From Chitinophagaceae bacterium (lineage in GTDB: Bacteria > Bacteroidota > Bacteroidia > Chitinophagales > Chitinophagaceae), in contig DASZUX010000320.1 in the NCBI GenBank assembly GCA_035547455.1, positions 1 through 39,863 on the forward strand: DNA of 39,863 bases, read 5' to 3'. The notes under the pieces were generated by a model. The model was not told the origin of the DNA and did not search any database. It was given only the letters and a program-made list of their open reading frames with translations. Positions 37,469 to 39,863 of the stretch are shown here, piece by piece (position 1 is the first letter of the stretch; every line of letters starts with the position of its first letter). The position numbers and the translations under genes are program-made.

Positions 37469-38818
37469 TTAATCCCATCCGCCGTCTCTCAGCTTCATAT
37501 ACTCGGCAAGCGTAAGGTTATTAAACCCTTTTTGCTTCATTTTTTTAATGAAGGATGCACTAACACCATGGTCTCTTAGTTCCTGGGCTTTGTCAAGAGA
37601 GATATCTTTATATCCTTCGTCTATAAATCCTTTTACAAAGGATACATCTACTCCATGGTCGCGTAAATCTTCCGCCTGGTCAAGTGTTATATCTTTAAAA
37701 CCAAGTTCAATAAAGCCTTTTATAAATTCTGTACCAACACCATGGTCACGCAGTTCTTCCGCCTGCTCAACTGTTACATTTTTAAACCCCAGTGCCGCAA
37801 AACTTTTTACAAAATCAACGTCTACCCCATGGTCGCGCAACTCCTGTATTTTTTCCAGGCTCGCATCTTTTATCCCGGAGTTTTTTATCTCTTTTATGTA
37901 ATCTGCATTAACCCCATGATCGCGTAGTTCCTGTACACGTTCAAGCGACGCGCCAGTATATCCTGCATTCTTAATTTCATTTGCAAATTCAACATCTACC
38001 CCATGATCGCGCAAGTCAACTGCCTGTTCCAGTGAAATATTTTCATAGCCGGCTTTTTTAAACCCGTCCACGTAATCCATATCTACCCCGTGGTCTCTCA
38101 ACTCCTCTGCACGGTCTAATGACATATTTTTGAAACCTGCATTGCGGAAACTTTCAATAAAATCAGCATCCACCCCATGTTCGCGTAATTCAACCAGCTT
38201 GCTGAGTGAAACATTTGTATAGCCTTCTTTTTTAAAAAGTTCAAAATATTCCTGCAATACGTTCCGGTTCATGTCCTCGTAAGCAAGGTCTTTAAAATTG
38301 GCTTCGGAAACATTAGCGTACCCGTTTTCTTTTAAATAGTCAAAATAACTTTTATCCATATTGGTAAAGAAAACATTCAGCATCAGTTCTTCTTTAATAT
38401 TATGATAACCCATTTGGCCGAGATAAGCCCTAAAACCTTCATCTGCGGTAAATTTGTAAGTTCCCATTCCTTTACCATTTTCAAGCCGGCCGCTAAAGTT
38501 GATTGTGCCGGCAGCCCTGGTTAACGAAAAATCGCCTTCCCCATTGGGCAGGTTTGGAAAATCTGACCTGGGGAAAGTTCTGCCATTGCTCCAGTTAAAG
38601 CCTGTAAACTGGAAGTATATCTCATCCCTGTTCGCATACGTGCCGGTATAAGCCTTCCATGTACCGGGTTCTCCTCTTTGCATGGAATACATCCAGTCAT
38701 CTTTCTCTTTTTTATCATCTTTGGCAACACTGCTGCTTGCCTTTTGTGCGTAGCTGGTGCAGCCAGTTCCTGCTAAAAGGGCGCCTGTAATAAAACAAGC
38801 AAATAAAAATTTTTTCAT
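37469..38818 (-). CDS. Secreted/lipoprotein-like protein: ~110-aa N-terminal head plus ~11 tandem 29-residue ELRDHGV repeats, family unknown
   Basis: ATG at 38818 (MKKFLFACFITGALLAGTGCTSYAQ, with a possible lipobox Cys) is preferred to TTG at 38848. The strict 29-aa periodicity is described in the findings. Confidence 0.8.
   Translation of the reverse strand: MKKFLFACFITGALLAGTGCTSYAQKASSSVAKDDKKEKDDWMYSMQRGEPGTWKAYTGTYANRDEIYFQFTGFNWSNGRTFPRSDFPNLPNGEGDFSLTRAAGTINFSGRLENGKGMGTYKFTADEGFRAYLGQMGYHNIKEELMLNVFFTNMDKSYFDYLKENGYANVSEANFKDLAYEDMNRNVLQEYFELFKKEGYTNVSLSKLVELREHGVDADFIESFRNAGFKNMSLDRAEELRDHGVDMDYVDGFKKAGYENISLEQAVDLRDHGVDVEFANEIKNAGYTGASLERVQELRDHGVNADYIKEIKNSGIKDASLEKIQELRDHGVDVDFVKSFAALGFKNVTVEQAEELRDHGVGTEFIKGFIELGFKDITLDQAEDLRDHGVDVSFVKGFIDEGYKDISLDKAQELRDHGVSASFIKKMKQKGFNNLTLAEYMKLRDGGWD
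37493..38188 (-). repeat. Eight canonical in-frame 87-bp coding repeats (three more degenerate units extend to ~38449)
   Basis: The Leu of LR(D/E)HGV recurs at residues 221, 250, 279, 308, 337, 366, 395, 424 and 453 of the 459-aa track translation. The spacing is exactly 29 residues each time. Confidence 0.9.
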
Positions 38819-39026
38819 AATAAGGTTTTTATTTTTGTGAAGGGACAAAACGATGCCCGCTACCTCTGCAGATAGAAAAAGACATATTACACCCGTTAAT
38901 AAATGTGTGGTTATTGTTAGTGCATGCGCATTGTAGTCATTCCGCCCGGACGAAATGAAAAGTAAAGTGTTCCTGTTTCCTTTGCCAGGATACTACTGCA
39001 TTTAATTTTACAGCAGCCGTGGCCCG

Positions 39027-39863
39027 TTATTTACTATTAAAGCCGGCATCTTTCAGTTTTATATACTCATCAAGACTAAAATAAGAGCCTGTTTTTGCTT
39101 TCATTTTCTCAACAAATTCAGGGGTAACACCATGATCCCGCAGTTCCATGGCCTTATCAAGGGAAATGCCGGTAAACCCGAATTTTTTAAACCCTGTAAT
39201 ATACGCGGCTGTTACGCCGTGATTGCGCGCTTCAAGCGCTTCATCAACAGTAATTTTGCTATAACCTGCATCGTGAAAGGATTTAAGGTAGTCGCCCGTT
39301 ACTCCCTGGTTCCTGTAGTCTATAATTTTCTCAATTGTTAAGCCAGCAGCACCGTTGGTTTTCAAATCGTTTATGTAAGCGGCATTTACGCCGTGGTCTC
39401 TCAGGTCAATAAAATCATCCATAGACAGGTTAGTATAACCTGCTTTCCGTATTTCATTTACAAATTCGCTGTTAATTCCATGGTCGCTCAGCGCTTCTGC
39501 TTTATCTGCTGTTACGCCCGAAAAACCAAGGCTGTTAAGCTCTTTTACAAAGGCCAGGTTTACACCGTGGTCTCTCAATTCAATAGCTTTGTCAAGAGTT
39601 ATATTGGTAAAGCCGGCACCATTTAATTCATGCAAAAAGTTAGCCCCTACCCCATGGTCGCGGGCTTCGGTAACTTTTGCCATTGTTATATTTTTAAAGC
39701 CGGCATTATTCAGTTCCTTAATAAATTCAATATTAACCCCGTGGTCTTTCAACGCAATTGCATCATCTAACGAAATATCTTTGTACCCGGCGTTCTTCAG
39801 GTCTCTTATAAATGATGCGCTTACACCATGTTCTCTCAACTCTATAAGTTTATCTACACTTAT
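39027..39863 (-). CDS. Paralogous ELRDHGV-repeat protein, C-terminal part only (N-terminus outside window)
   Basis: The frame stays open to the window edge: the codons upstream of the track's TTG at 39839 read ISVDKLIE, continuing the repeat. There are nine complete 29-aa units plus a C-terminal cap, LKDAGFNSK. Confidence 0.8.
   Translation of the reverse strand: MSVDKLIELREHGVSASFIRDLKNAGYKDISLDDAIALKDHGVNIEFIKELNNAGFKNITMAKVTEARDHGVGANFLHELNGAGFTNITLDKAIELRDHGVNLAFVKELNSLGFSGVTADKAEALSDHGINSEFVNEIRKAGYTNLSMDDFIDLRDHGVNAAYINDLKTNGAAGLTIEKIIDYRNQGVTGDYLKSFHDAGYSKITVDEALEARNHGVTAAYITGFKKFGFTGISLDKAMELRDHGVTPEFVEKMKAKTGSYFSLDEYIKLKDAGFNSK
39057..39863 (-). repeat. Nine complete (plus one partial) in-frame 87-bp coding repeats
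   Basis: The units begin (L/A/Y)(R/K/S)(D/N)(H/Q)G(V/I) every 29 residues. Confidence 0.9.

Noticed and set aside
37376-37579. 67-aa plus-strand ORF in the cbpA/repeat-gene spacer
   Set aside because: It overlaps the minus-strand terminator hairpin and the 3' end of the repeat gene, and it has no motifs.
37493-39863. The regular 87-bp periodicity could suggest a CRISPR array or satellite repeat
   Set aside because: The periodic units are in frame within long ORFs. They are diverged at synonymous sites and have no alternating conserved-repeat/unique-spacer structure. These are protein-coding repeats.
1-39863. Search for mobile elements, defence systems, toxin-antitoxin pairs, CRISPR arrays and tRNA/rRNA genes
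   Set aside because: I found no integrase or transposase motifs, terminal inverted repeats, nuclease/helicase/methylase gene clusters, cloverleaf-compatible intergenic segments or repeat-spacer arrays. The gene content is core-metabolic or CAZyme, so I do not claim any such system.

Overview
This is a dense chromosomal segment, mostly housekeeping and carbohydrate-utilisation genes. It reads as Bacteroidota, probably Chitinophagaceae/Sphingobacteriia-like: signal peptides ending in ..AQ, a CarboxypepD_reg-type TonB receptor, TAnnTTTG -7 boxes and an LDH-like mdh. I can support 34 protein-coding genes (two run off the window), five intrinsic terminators and a few promoter-like motifs. I see no rRNA, tRNA, CRISPR array, transposase/integrase, phage gene or recognisable defence gene. 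Blocks: (i) a DUF3347-like fragment plus a TonB receptor; (ii) an esterase, a GH29 fucosidase, a DUF2911 protein and a YXWGXW-type protein; (iii) a minus-strand L-rhamnose locus (GH78 rhamnosidase, rhaT, the rhaEW aldolase/dehydrogenase fusion, rhaM, an esterase/SGNH fusion) with a divergent GntR-HTH/sugar-binding regulator; (iv) housekeeping genes (thioredoxin-like, mdh, GT9, photolyase, class IV aminotransferase, Nif3, COG1579 zinc ribbon, TPR, recN); (v) a GH53 galactanase and a 1153-aa uncharacterised outer-membrane-type protein; (vi) folE preceded by two tandem PTPS paralogs; (vii) a DinB-like protein, a HAD hydrolase, a short BioF-like PLP enzyme and cbpA-cbpM; (viii) two adjacent genes built from a 29-residue ELRDHGV repeat whose family I cannot name. 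Nothing here looks like a coherent novel multi-gene system, since defence, toxin and mobility hallmarks are all absent. The repeat-protein pair at 37.5-39.9 kb is the least explained element, followed by the PTPS duplication next to folE and the apparently incomplete rhamnose pathway. All family calls come from motif recognition by eye and memory, not from database searches.
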